From: Candidatus Woesearchaeota archaeon
Lineage (GTDB): Archaea > Nanobdellota > Nanobdellia > Woesearchaeales > UBA583
Length of the DNA: 64,000 nt
Direction of reading: 5' to 3'
NCBI GenBank assembly: GCA_965205335.1
Contig: OZ242164.1
Span: forward strand, 928,001-992,000
Shown here: piece after piece, positions 10,875 to 20,770 of the stretch
Numbering within the stretch: the stretch's first letter is position 1
Layout of the letters: each line of letters starts with the position of its first letter
The notes under the pieces: model-generated
The model's input: only the letters and a program-made list of their open reading frames with translations
Databases searched by the model: none
What the model was told of the DNA's origin: nothing
Program-made: the position numbers and the translations under genes

Positions 10875-11279
10875 ATGGGTAAAATTTATTTTAAAAAACT
10901 AGTCACTTACATAGGTTCTGGAAAAGCTAAAAATAAATTTGGGAATTTTATTGAAGGAAGATTTAGGATTGAGATTAATTCTAATGGAAATAAAGTAAAA
11001 AAATCTTTCGAAGATATCTTAATTGAAATATTTAAGAAAGAAAAATATAAGTATTCAAAGAAAGAACTTAAAAATTTAATTGAAATTAGAAATTTAGTTA
11101 TTCATGAAGCATCGGGATCTTCAAAGAAGAGAAATGTTTCTATAAAAAAAACTTTCCGAACTTACTATTCATCTCTAAGGTTATTTGAAAAATTTATTTT
11201 AAACATAATTAAATATAAAGGACAATACATTATGAAAACAAGCAATAAGGGGTTTAATTGGGTAGATTTTAAATCTTAA
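10875..11279 (+). CDS. Hypothetical basic protein
   Basis: 134-aa ORF with a TATA-like TTTAAATA upstream; no recognised motif. Confidence 0.5.
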   Translation: MGKIYFKKLVTYIGSGKAKNKFGNFIEGRFRIEINSNGNKVKKSFEDILIEIFKKEKYKYSKKELKNLIEIRNLVIHEASGSSKKRNVSIKKTFRTYYSSLRLFEKFILNIIKYKGQYIMKTSNKGFNWVDFKS

Positions 11280-11350
11280 TTTCTAAAATATAATCCTTGA
11301 AAAATGAAACAAACTCTGTTTCATTAAATACTAATAATGCATCTTAAAAA

Positions 11351-11431
11351 TGTGGGCGAAGGGATTCGAACCCTCGAACCGAATGGACTCGATCTTGAGT
11401 CGAGCGCCTTTGACCGCTTGGCTACACCCAC
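11351..11431 (-). tRNA. tRNA-Leu(CAA)
   Basis: Cloverleaf GTGGGTG...CTCGA-CTCAAGA-TCGAG, short variable arm, GTTCGAATC T-loop; CCA not encoded. Confidence 0.95.
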
Positions 11432-11545
11432 ACAAATTATAACAGAACAGATAAAAACTATATACCTTATTTTAAAAATATTTGGATATAACATATATAA
11501 AAGAAAAAACAATAAATTATTAAAGAAGTAAAATTTCAACATTCT

Positions 11546-13363
11546 ATGAAAGAGAGAAAAACAGTTATTTACATAGGAAACAAAGACAAACCTGAAAAGA
11601 CAAAAAAATACAATCCGATTAAAATTCTCATAAAAATAATCCTAGTAATGATTCTCATAGGAGGACTTCATTACGCTAACCAATCCTATTCAAACGCCAT
11701 AAGCCTTCTTGCTGTAACCGAAAATGGTGAAGGAGAAATCACAAACGGTTCTATAATTAATCTATCACTTACAACAAAATCCGGTTCGGGAAAAATCTAT
11801 ATGAATCTAAACACACTAAAAGAAACAGATATACAGGTATCTATCATAAACTCTCACAAAATAGCATGTGACTTATTCCAGTTAGAATGCCACAAATATG
11901 ACTTCTTCTACGAATTCTCTGACAACACCGCTCTAATCCTAAAAGGACCATCTGGGAGTTCAGCCATTGCAATACTTACTGCTAAAACAATTAACAAAGA
12001 AAAAATCCCCCAAGACATTTCAATAACAGGTTCTCTAAACTCAGGAGGCTTAATAGGAATTGTAGGAGGAATTGACGAAAAAATAAAAACCGCTCAAGAC
12101 AATAACATAACAAAAGTTCTGCTTCCAGTATTTGCCCAATTCAACGAAACAGAAAATACAACAATACAAATAACAAGAACACTTGATGTAATAAATGCAT
12201 ACAACGAATTCGGAGGCAGAAAATACGAACTAACACCTCAAAAAACCAACAACGAACAGTATAAAGCCTTAATGCAAGACTTAGCAGAAGAATTGTGCCA
12301 AAGAACAATAACTCTGAGAAATTCAATAAACCAAACAAACATTGAACAAAACTCCTCTGCAGAAAAATACTTAGAACAAGCAGAAAAGAGTTTCAACTCA
12401 TCACAAATCACCAGAGAAAATTCCAACTTCTACTCACAGGGAAGTTTCTGCTTTAATGCAAACATAAATTACAGAACTCTAATAGAAAACACAGACAACT
12501 TATCAATTGAAGAAGTAGACAAACAAATTGAAAACTTTGAATCTAAAATCAATAAGAAAAAAGAAGAAATAAACTCACAGGAATACAAAGACAAAATCTC
12601 TACAATAAATGACTTCTACGTATATCTAATACTAACAGACAGACTTGAAGAAAGTTCTGACTTAATAGAGAAAACCAAAAATACAAAAACAATCTCAATA
12701 AACAAAAGCAAAGCACTAAATGACACAAAAATAAAAATACAAAATAACATAACCAAAGATAAAAAAGAAGCCCTTTACTCATATGCAGTTGAAAGATTTG
12801 AAACAGTTTCATTATGGGAAAGACTCATAGTACATCAAGACACAGAAATCAAATTTGACGATACAACAATTTCAGATGCATGCACTAAAATAAATAGACT
12901 AATAAGCCTAAAATCAGAACTCCTAAGAAACTATAAAATTTCTTATCTGGCAGATAGAATAAACAAGCAACTTAAACTAAATGACCCTGATTCAAACAAA
13001 TACTTATGCATTTACCGAGGATTTGAACTCAATGGAAGAATTGACACACTATTAAATTCTGTTGGAATAAATGAGTCCCAACTAGAAGATTATTCATCTC
13101 ACATAATAAACTTCACAAACACAAGAATAAATCTAAACACAAACGGAAACTTCCCTCTCATTCCAACAATTTACTCAGAATATTCATCAGACTTATTCAA
13201 TGAAGAAGATTATGCGGCTTCAATGCTTTACTCAAACTTTGCTCTATCTTACTCCGACTTAAACTTGTACTTAGAAAAAGAAGAGGAAACTAAAAGAATA
13301 TTAGACATACTCATTAACCCATTATTCTTAGTTGCAAGTCTCATACTAATAATCATTATATAA
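11546..13363 (+). CDS. Membrane-anchored archaeal Lon-C (S16) family serine protease
   Basis: KGPSGSSAIA catalytic Ser motif, ITGSLNSGGLIGIVGGIDEKI Lys motif; N- and C-terminal TM helices. Confidence 0.85.
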   Translation: MKERKTVIYIGNKDKPEKTKKYNPIKILIKIILVMILIGGLHYANQSYSNAISLLAVTENGEGEITNGSIINLSLTTKSGSGKIYMNLNTLKETDIQVSIINSHKIACDLFQLECHKYDFFYEFSDNTALILKGPSGSSAIAILTAKTINKEKIPQDISITGSLNSGGLIGIVGGIDEKIKTAQDNNITKVLLPVFAQFNETENTTIQITRTLDVINAYNEFGGRKYELTPQKTNNEQYKALMQDLAEELCQRTITLRNSINQTNIEQNSSAEKYLEQAEKSFNSSQITRENSNFYSQGSFCFNANINYRTLIENTDNLSIEEVDKQIENFESKINKKKEEINSQEYKDKISTINDFYVYLILTDRLEESSDLIEKTKNTKTISINKSKALNDTKIKIQNNITKDKKEALYSYAVERFETVSLWERLIVHQDTEIKFDDTTISDACTKINRLISLKSELLRNYKISYLADRINKQLKLNDPDSNKYLCIYRGFELNGRIDTLLNSVGINESQLEDYSSHIINFTNTRINLNTNGNFPLIPTIYSEYSSDLFNEEDYAASMLYSNFALSYSDLNLYLEKEEETKRILDILINPLFLVASLILIIII

Positions 13364-13389
13364 ATTAATATTTTAATAATTTCACGAAA

Positions 13390-14094
13390 CTACTCCAACA
13401 TCTTAATCACACTATCTAAATCCAAACCTAAACCTAAATTATATCTCTTATTAAAATAACTAACAATGTTTCTAATATCACGTTCATACAAATCATAGAA
13501 CTCTCTAAAATCCTCATCACTTCTAACTGAGATCCCCGAACCCCAGTCAATTATTACAGGAATACCATCTGATACCAATACATTAAATTCTGACAAATCC
13601 CCATGAATTAACTTTGCATCATTTTTCATAATTCTAATCTGCTCAACTAACAAACTAAAAAACTCCTGAGGATTCTTAAGTTCAGTATCCTTTAACATAC
13701 CCCCATTAATATATTCCATTATAATTACATTATTATACTGCTTATACACAGAAGGAACAGACATATTATACTTATGGCACAGAACCAAATTTCTAAACTC
13801 CTTCTCGCACCACTTCAAAATAACTTTTCTTAAATTCCCCTTAATATCTTTAAACCTGTGATCTCTTGAAATATAACTTGAAATCTTTTTAAAATTAGCA
13901 CTTGTTAGTCTATAAATCTTAACAGCCAAAACAGTTCCGTCATCCTTATATGCAAAATAAACATCCCCTTCCTTTCCTGTCTTAATAGGCTTTCCCAATT
14001 CATCAAAAAACTTCTTTCTTTTAAGAGTCTCAAGAGTCCTGAGAGTAAACTCATCAAAAACCCCCTCAAACACTTTAAATTTCTCCTTAGTCAT
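13390..14094 (-). CDS. rio1: RIO1-family serine protein kinase
   Basis: IKTGKEGDVY, AVKIY, EFRNL, IHGDLSEFNVL, IIDWG; start moved to MTKEKF. Confidence 0.92.
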   Translation of the reverse strand: MTKEKFKVFEGVFDEFTLRTLETLKRKKFFDELGKPIKTGKEGDVYFAYKDDGTVLAVKIYRLTSANFKKISSYISRDHRFKDIKGNLRKVILKWCEKEFRNLVLCHKYNMSVPSVYKQYNNVIIMEYINGGMLKDTELKNPQEFFSLLVEQIRIMKNDAKLIHGDLSEFNVLVSDGIPVIIDWGSGISVRSDEDFREFYDLYERDIRNIVSYFNKRYNLGLGLDLDSVIKMLE

Positions 14095-14205
14095 AAATAC
14101 ATATAATATAAAATCTTTTATAAACATATAACTCTGTTATATATGAGTTTGTGGGAATTAAGTTATCTAAGTGAGGTTTTATATGTATATTCAAGATGGA
14201 AGTGG

Positions 14206-14781
14206 TTATCTTGGTACGTACACTCGCTTATGCAAATTAATATCAATTGCTTCTTTCACAATTTCAAAATTCTCTGCCGATACATATATTTTTTTCGCAG
14301 AAGAAATTCTAGGTAGGTTTAATTTCCTTGCTCTTAGTATATACAAATCACCACCAACCCTTTTAAGAGTTGGTAGAGATAAAGATACACTTTTTTTTGC
14401 AACCATATCACGACCAACTTCTATAAGTTTTTTGTATGAAACACCTTCACATGAAGAACTTCTATCAATAAGACTACCTCTAACTTTATTAATTCTGTTC
14501 TTTTCATGACCATGCAAATTAGTAAGATCAAGAATAATTCCTCTTGATGTATGTGAAAGTAATTGTTCCAAAATCTTATAACTACCTTGCCGATAATTAT
14601 CTTGGAGTAGAAGAAGAATGTTACTATAATTATATTTACACAATGAATGATGATCAATTTCACATTCTTTGGAAGCATCATGGTTGTGTGTCACAGTCAC
14701 AATAGCTGTTTGATGTTGATTGAAAATGTTCGATATCTCTTCAAGTTTAGGGTTTCTAAAGATTATAGTTGTGTGTTTCAT
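14206..14781 (-). CDS. Hypothetical protein with short L..VGGDL-type solenoid repeats
   Basis: 191-aa ORF preceded by a TTTATAAA box; repeats INKVRGSL, LIEVGRDM, LKRVGGDL. Confidence 0.55.
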   Translation of the reverse strand: MKHTTIIFRNPKLEEISNIFNQHQTAIVTVTHNHDASKECEIDHHSLCKYNYSNILLLLQDNYRQGSYKILEQLLSHTSRGIILDLTNLHGHEKNRINKVRGSLIDRSSSCEGVSYKKLIEVGRDMVAKKSVSLSLPTLKRVGGDLYILRARKLNLPRISSAKKIYVSAENFEIVKEAIDINLHKRVYVPR

Positions 14782-14954
14782 GATTATGTTAGGATATAGA
14801 TTTATTTATAAATTTATCCCGTGTTAGTGACAAAAATTTAATAATATCATATATTAAATATACAGTCACTAAGAGTTTAGAAATGTTTCATAACACATTT
14901 CCAAATACTTCCCTAAAATTTATATACTGAGTATGTTTATTAAAAAATATAATA

Positions 14955-15932
14955 ATGGTTAAAAAATCCCAATCAGAAGAAAACCCCTCACTTTTGAGAA
15001 ACAAGATAATTGTCTGTATTGGAGGTGGGACTGGTTTATTCTCGCTCTTATCAGGATTAAAAGAATATGCCCTTGGAAAACACAATATCAAAGCAATAGT
15101 CACAACTCTTGATAGTGGGGGTTCATCTGGAGTATTAAGAACTCAATTTGGTGTTCTACCTCCAGGAGATATAAGAAACTGCCTTGTAGCCCTATCAAGC
15201 GAAACAGAAATACTAAACAAACTATTTCAGTACAGATTCAACAAAAAAATAAACAACCATAACTTTGGAAACCTTCTAATAACTGCTTTGTGTGATGTAA
15301 CAGGTTCATTTGATGAAGCAGTCAAACAGGCATCAAGAATACTTAGAATCAAAGGAGAAGTAGTCCCAGTATCCTTAGACAGCAATCATATAATAGCCCA
15401 GCTTGAAGATGGGAAAACTCTAATCGGAGAAAAGAAAATAGATACAACACCCAACAAAAAAATAGAAAAAATATACCTAAAAAACAAACCAAAAACAAAC
15501 AAAAGAGCAGCAGAAGTTCTAAAACGTGCAGACATCATAATCTTTGGCCCGGGAGACTTATACACAAGCATAATTCCAAATCTATTATTTCCAAACCTGA
15601 GAAATGCAATCAAGAAAAACCAAAAAGCAAAAAGAATCCTCATATCGCCTGTTATGACAAAACCTGGAGAAACCGATAACTTTCCAGTATCCAAGTTCAG
15701 AGAAGAAATTGAAAAATACTTAAAATCAGAGTTGACTCATATAATCTCAAACAATCACATGCCCAAAACCTCTGCCCTAAAAGCATATAAAAAAGAAAAC
15801 AAACACCCTGTAATTATTGATGCAAATAATATAAAAGGAGTTAAACTAATCAGAGCAAACCTGATTGACGAAAACCAATTAGTACGACACAATCCTTCAA
15901 AAATTGCAAAAGCCATTGCAAAACTAATCTAA
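14955..15932 (+). CDS. YvcK/GlmR (UPF0052, CofD-like) family protein
   Basis: IGGGTGL, DSGGSSG.LR, PPGDIRNCL, HNFGNL, GPGDLYTSIIPNL, MTKPGET, RHNP. Confidence 0.92.
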   Translation: MVKKSQSEENPSLLRNKIIVCIGGGTGLFSLLSGLKEYALGKHNIKAIVTTLDSGGSSGVLRTQFGVLPPGDIRNCLVALSSETEILNKLFQYRFNKKINNHNFGNLLITALCDVTGSFDEAVKQASRILRIKGEVVPVSLDSNHIIAQLEDGKTLIGEKKIDTTPNKKIEKIYLKNKPKTNKRAAEVLKRADIIIFGPGDLYTSIIPNLLFPNLRNAIKKNQKAKRILISPVMTKPGETDNFPVSKFREEIEKYLKSELTHIISNNHMPKTSALKAYKKENKHPVIIDANNIKGVKLIRANLIDENQLVRHNPSKIAKAIAKLI

Positions 15933-15954
15933 AAAATATACACAAATAAAAATA

Positions 15955-18873
15955 ATGAATAACACTCAACAAAAACAAGCAATAGAATGTTTAAATGTCC
16001 CATGCATTGTCATTGCAGGACCTGGTACAGGCAAAACAACACTTATCACAGATAAGATATTAGATTTATTCAAAAAAAACTACAACGAAAATGAAATACT
16101 TGCTTTAACCTTTACAGACAAAGCCGCAAACGAAATGTCAATCAGGGTTGAACAAAAATCAAACAAAATATTTCGCGCAAAAACATTTCACTCATTTGCA
16201 TTAGAAATCCTTGAAGAATTTTCGGAAGAAGTTCCAAACCTTCCGGAAGATTACATCCTAATAAATGAACCAAACCAGAACCTGTTCTTCTTAGAAAACA
16301 TCAGAAACTTCAAACTCTCATCCGTTGAAACTCTTGGGAAAGAAAACAAAATTGCATATGAACTAACAAATGCCATATCAAAACTAAAAGACTTTGGAAT
16401 AACATTAGAAAATCTGCCAAAACTGAACTTTGAAAACCTGAACACAAAAGCAGACTTAATCTCAACTTACACAAAATACGAATTATACAAAAAAAAAAAC
16501 GGACTAATAGACTTTGCAGACATATTACTTCTATTCTTAAACCTAATCAAAACAAACAAAAAAATCTGTGATGAAATAAAAACAAGATACAAATACATCT
16601 TAGTTGATGAATTTCAGGACACAAATCACGTCCAATTAGACGTCCTGAAAATCCTTGCAGAAAACAACATAACAATAGTTGGAGACAACAAACAGTCAAT
16701 CTACACATTCAGAGGAGCCAACTATAGAAACCTAAAAGAATTCAAATCACATTTCAAAAACCACAAAGAAATATTTCTAAACGAAAACTATCGTTCATCA
16801 AAAAAAATAATAAACCACATAAACAAACTATCAAATCAAATAGCATCACAAAAAGAACAGCTCAAACCAAACTTGGACACAGAAGGAGAAATAACCCTGA
16901 CAAGATGTTCAAACGAAAAATCCCAACTAACATATCTCGTTGAAAAAATAAACAACATTGAAGACATTCACCAGAACACAAAAACAATCGGCATTCTTAC
17001 AAGAAGAAAATATGAAGCAAATCTCATATCAAACTACATGGAGTCCTATGGACTAAACATATCAAAAACAGAAATACCAAACTTTTTGGACTTAGAAAAC
17101 ATAAAATCGCTAATCTCTTACTTAGAGATAATTCTAAACCCAAACGAAGCAAACACTCAAATATTTAACCTGATCTCAAACTTAGGACTAAGATCCCAGA
17201 CAATAAGAAGCATATCAAGAAAAGCCTCCCTGAACGAAAAATCAATTTACAAAGTTCTAAACAACAATTTAACCATAGAATATTCAGATGAACAAAAAAT
17301 AATTGAAGAAATAAACACAAAACTAAATGACTTAATAACCCTAAAACTGTCTCACCCTGATTTAACAGACTTAATTCAGCAAACAATAATACAATTCAAT
17401 ATGTACAAAAAGGCTGAACTATCAGACAAAATCGAATCAATAATTGCCTTAAACGAATTCATTAATTTTGCAAACACATTCAAAAAAATCTACAAATCAA
17501 ACGACTTAAAGAGATTTCTTGACATCTGTGAAAAAGCAAAATCCCTATCAATAAAATGTGACCTTCCCCAAATTAAAAAAGGAAACATTGAAGTAATGAC
17601 AGTCCATCAATCCAAAGGAAAAGAATATGACTATGTTTTCATTCCATTCTGTAACGACAGGAAATTCCCGATACCATACAGAAGAAATTTATTTGAAACA
17701 CCCTGCGATGCATCAAAGGAAGAAACCTTAGACGAAGAAAAAAGATTATTCTTTGTAGCTCTATCAAGAACAAAAATAGTATGTGATATCTCATACATAA
17801 AAAAAATGTCAGAAAACAAATTAGATTCAAAACACTCTCCATTCATTAAATCATTAGATTTAAACCCCCAAGAATATACAAGAGAAATAAGCGAATTAAA
17901 CATTAGTACAAAAGAACAAATAAAAACAGACATAATAAGAAAAATCCAGACTTATCTCTTAGACAACAACTTTGAAAAAGCAAAAACAGAAATAAACCTG
18001 CTTAAAGACTTATACGGCAAAAAAGACTTAACAAATTACTTCTCAAACTCGCACAATTCAGATTTAAAAAAATACCAAGAAAAACTAAAAAATAAAAAAT
18101 CAGAATTAGAAATCATTGACTTCAACACTGATGATATATTTTACTCTGTATCTCAACTCCAATTATATGAAACATGCCCAAAAAAGTATCTATACCAATA
18201 CATATACAAAGTTCCCACAGAATCAAGACACTATTTTGACTTTGGAACATCCATTCACATAGCACTTGAACTTCTGACAAAAGATTTCAAGAAAGAACTA
18301 TCAGATGATGAGCTATATACAAAAGGAATCTCTTATCTGACAGAAAACTGGATTTCAAAAGGATATGAAAATGCTCAGCAGGAAAAAGAATACATAAACA
18401 AAGGCCTTAAAATTATTGCAGACTTTATAAAAAAAGAAAGAGAGTTGCAAAAAGATAAAAGAAAAACTGTCTCGCAGGAGATGGAATTCAGACTTAATAT
18501 TGAGGGAAGAAAATTAAAAGGATTCATAGACAGAATTGATAAAGTTGGAAATGATTATGAAATACTTGATTACAAAACATCAAATTCAATGGATATGCTT
18601 GCAAACATCCCAGACAATATGCAACTCTTAGTATATTCAATAGTCTTAAAACAAAAATTTGGCAAGTATCCGAAAAAAGCAGGACTCTGGTATCTAATTC
18701 ATGATAAAATCCTATCTGCTCAACCAAAAAAAGAAAACATTGAAGATGTAAAGAAAAGAATTGTTGAATTAATGAAATCCATTGAAAAAAAAGATTTTAC
18801 AGCAAAGCCCAGCCATTTTACGTGCAAGTTCTGTGACTTCAATAAGATATGCCCAAACTCTAATTTTAAGTAG
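15955..18873 (+). CDS. UvrD/PcrA-like SF1 helicase fused to a C-terminal PD-(D/E)XK nuclease with probable Fe-S cluster (AdnB/AddAB-like)
   Basis: AGPGTGKT, LTFT.KAA, DEFQDTN, VGD.KQSIY.FRGA, NYRS, TVHQSKGKE, VALSR; CP...GFIDRID..ILDYKT...CKFCDFNKICP. Confidence 0.92.
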   Translation: MNNTQQKQAIECLNVPCIVIAGPGTGKTTLITDKILDLFKKNYNENEILALTFTDKAANEMSIRVEQKSNKIFRAKTFHSFALEILEEFSEEVPNLPEDYILINEPNQNLFFLENIRNFKLSSVETLGKENKIAYELTNAISKLKDFGITLENLPKLNFENLNTKADLISTYTKYELYKKKNGLIDFADILLLFLNLIKTNKKICDEIKTRYKYILVDEFQDTNHVQLDVLKILAENNITIVGDNKQSIYTFRGANYRNLKEFKSHFKNHKEIFLNENYRSSKKIINHINKLSNQIASQKEQLKPNLDTEGEITLTRCSNEKSQLTYLVEKINNIEDIHQNTKTIGILTRRKYEANLISNYMESYGLNISKTEIPNFLDLENIKSLISYLEIILNPNEANTQIFNLISNLGLRSQTIRSISRKASLNEKSIYKVLNNNLTIEYSDEQKIIEEINTKLNDLITLKLSHPDLTDLIQQTIIQFNMYKKAELSDKIESIIALNEFINFANTFKKIYKSNDLKRFLDICEKAKSLSIKCDLPQIKKGNIEVMTVHQSKGKEYDYVFIPFCNDRKFPIPYRRNLFETPCDASKEETLDEEKRLFFVALSRTKIVCDISYIKKMSENKLDSKHSPFIKSLDLNPQEYTREISELNISTKEQIKTDIIRKIQTYLLDNNFEKAKTEINLLKDLYGKKDLTNYFSNSHNSDLKKYQEKLKNKKSELEIIDFNTDDIFYSVSQLQLYETCPKKYLYQYIYKVPTESRHYFDFGTSIHIALELLTKDFKKELSDDELYTKGISYLTENWISKGYENAQQEKEYINKGLKIIADFIKKERELQKDKRKTVSQEMEFRLNIEGRKLKGFIDRIDKVGNDYEILDYKTSNSMDMLANIPDNMQLLVYSIVLKQKFGKYPKKAGLWYLIHDKILSAQPKKENIEDVKKRIVELMKSIEKKDFTAKPSHFTCKFCDFNKICPNSNFK

Positions 18874-18912
18874 TAACAAAGGTATAAATACTAATTTTCC
18901 AAGATTATTTAC

Positions 18913-19833
18913 ATGCTAAGAAAATTATTGATTATCATTACTTTACTGCTAACTCAAATTTTAGTTTCATATTCAGTGTTGGATACCTTAGATTGTGATT
19001 ACACCCAAAACACAAGCATTCCACCAGAAAATATCTTATTCTATGGACATAATAATCTAAGTTCAAACGTTGCATTGGGGCAAGGTCTATTAAACCTTCC
19101 ATACTCTCGTTCTTCATATGACTATACTCTCTCATGTCATTCAAATCTTTCAGCACTAAAATTCTATAGTAAAATAATTTATAATCATACTAATGTTTCA
19201 GACTATTTCTCCCTATGTGGAGATGATAAGCCGGTTATGTTTATAACAGATTCTATAAATGCAAGAGTTTCAATAAATACTACTAATAAAAATATTACAA
19301 CAGAGCAAGTATTATGTGCTTCAGTTGATAGGCAGTTCTCAAATTTAGATGTTAGGTGGCACATTGAGGGTGTAGATAGAAATATTGACTATACTAAAAT
19401 TGGATACACATGTATGTTTAGAACAAATGATAAAATAAATGGACATGTAAGTACCTGCGATAGTAATTATAATTTATCAGTCTGGGCAAGATTATTTGAA
19501 GATACTGATTTCTTAGTTTGTGATTTCGATTGCACCAGTAAACTTGATAGGAGAGTTTATAGCGCTTGTGCTTCTAAAATCCCAGAATGCAGAGATGTGC
19601 CAACAAATTGCGATGGTGCTTTATATGGAAGTTGGGTCCCATACAACGAAACTCATGAAATTAAATGTTCTGATCCATGGACAACATTTCGTCCAAATGT
19701 ATTTACTAATTCAGATGTAATAATTGAGTCCAGAGATTCTAATTGTAAGAATATTATAAAAAAAGAATTTGCTGTTTTAGTTGACAACGAACAGGTAACG
19801 ATGGCTATGTATGTATGTCAGGGTGTAGTTTAG
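18913..19833 (+). CDS. Secreted cysteine-rich protein
   Basis: N-terminal signal peptide, many Cys and N-x-S/T sequons; first gene of a tight operon. Confidence 0.75.
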   Translation: MLRKLLIIITLLLTQILVSYSVLDTLDCDYTQNTSIPPENILFYGHNNLSSNVALGQGLLNLPYSRSSYDYTLSCHSNLSALKFYSKIIYNHTNVSDYFSLCGDDKPVMFITDSINARVSINTTNKNITTEQVLCASVDRQFSNLDVRWHIEGVDRNIDYTKIGYTCMFRTNDKINGHVSTCDSNYNLSVWARLFEDTDFLVCDFDCTSKLDRRVYSACASKIPECRDVPTNCDGALYGSWVPYNETHEIKCSDPWTTFRPNVFTNSDVIIESRDSNCKNIIKKEFAVLVDNEQVTMAMYVCQGVV

Positions 19834-19843
19834 GAGGATAAAA

Positions 19844-20263
19844 ATGACAAAAAAATTTCAAAAATCAAATTCCAAAAAAGCCCAGACCTTTTCAGTTGAT
19901 ATAGTAATTGTAATTGTTATAGTTTTGTTCGGAGCACTACTTCTTGTCTTAGGTCAGATAAGTGAAGTTGAAAAAGAACCAACCCTTGAAGAAAGATATG
20001 ATACTGCATCATTAGATGCCCAGATAATCTTCGAAAATCTAAAAGAAAGAGGCATAGTGCAACGTTCTGATAACTCTGTTGACACTCAAGAACTTCTAAC
20101 AATTAATGATGAAAGTATGAGAGAGGAGTTAGGAATTTCAGGAAAATTTTGTATAGTACTTGAAAGAAATGGAAAACTGGTTAGGATTGATCCACAGTCA
20201 TCAGTAAATGGTGTTGGCTCAGAAGATATTATTATAAACGGAGAGCCTTGCTTAAGTCAATGA
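19844..20263 (+). CDS. Type IV pilin-like protein (class III signal peptide)
   Basis: KKAQ|TFSVDIVIVIVIVLF; GGAGG RBS upstream. Confidence 0.8.
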   Translation: MTKKFQKSNSKKAQTFSVDIVIVIVIVLFGALLLVLGQISEVEKEPTLEERYDTASLDAQIIFENLKERGIVQRSDNSVDTQELLTINDESMREELGISGKFCIVLERNGKLVRIDPQSSVNGVGSEDIIINGEPCLSQ

Positions 20264-20266
20264 ACT

Positions 20267-20770
20267 ATGAAGAAAGCTCAAATTTTTATGCTGGATTTTA
20301 TATTTTCAATAGTTGTTTTAGTAATTGCCATTGTTATTGTCTTTAGTTATTTTGGTTCTACAACATCAAATAAAAATATTTATGAATTAAATAATGAAAT
20401 TATGGATTCTTTCACGACTACTAAAATTAATTCACTAAACGATGAAAATATAAGACTATATTTCAATGCCCAAAAAATTAAAAATGTTGAAAATACTATC
20501 GCTCAACAAGTTGGGGAGTTCTATTTTTTAAACCAAACATCTGATGCGCATGGTTTAACAAGAGATTTTGTATCTATATATATTTCAGACCAAGTAAATA
20601 TAAATGTTTTAATAGTAAATGACTCAGATGAAGTATCAATATTTAGTAAAACCAATAAAGGTAGTTCATTTCAAGGGTCAGGAATTTCCAGCACTACAAA
20701 CAGACTTGTTTTAGGTTCTTATAATGGAAGTTTATACTCATATGAATTTAGTATTAGACTATGGCATTAA
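20267..20770 (+). CDS. Type IV pilin-like protein (class III signal peptide)
   Basis: MKKAQ|IFMLDFIFSIVVLVIAI. Confidence 0.8.
   Translation: MKKAQIFMLDFIFSIVVLVIAIVIVFSYFGSTTSNKNIYELNNEIMDSFTTTKINSLNDENIRLYFNAQKIKNVENTIAQQVGEFYFLNQTSDAHGLTRDFVSIYISDQVNINVLIVNDSDEVSIFSKTNKGSSFQGSGISSTTNRLVLGSYNGSLYSYEFSIRLWH

Noticed and set aside
11324-11542. Two short ORFs over tRNA-Leu(CAA)
   Set aside because: They overlap a well-formed tRNA and have no protein motifs
14824-14872. 8-bp inverted repeat TTAGTGAC...GTCACTAA between divergent genes
   Set aside because: Too short, single occurrence, no TSD; could be chance or an operator
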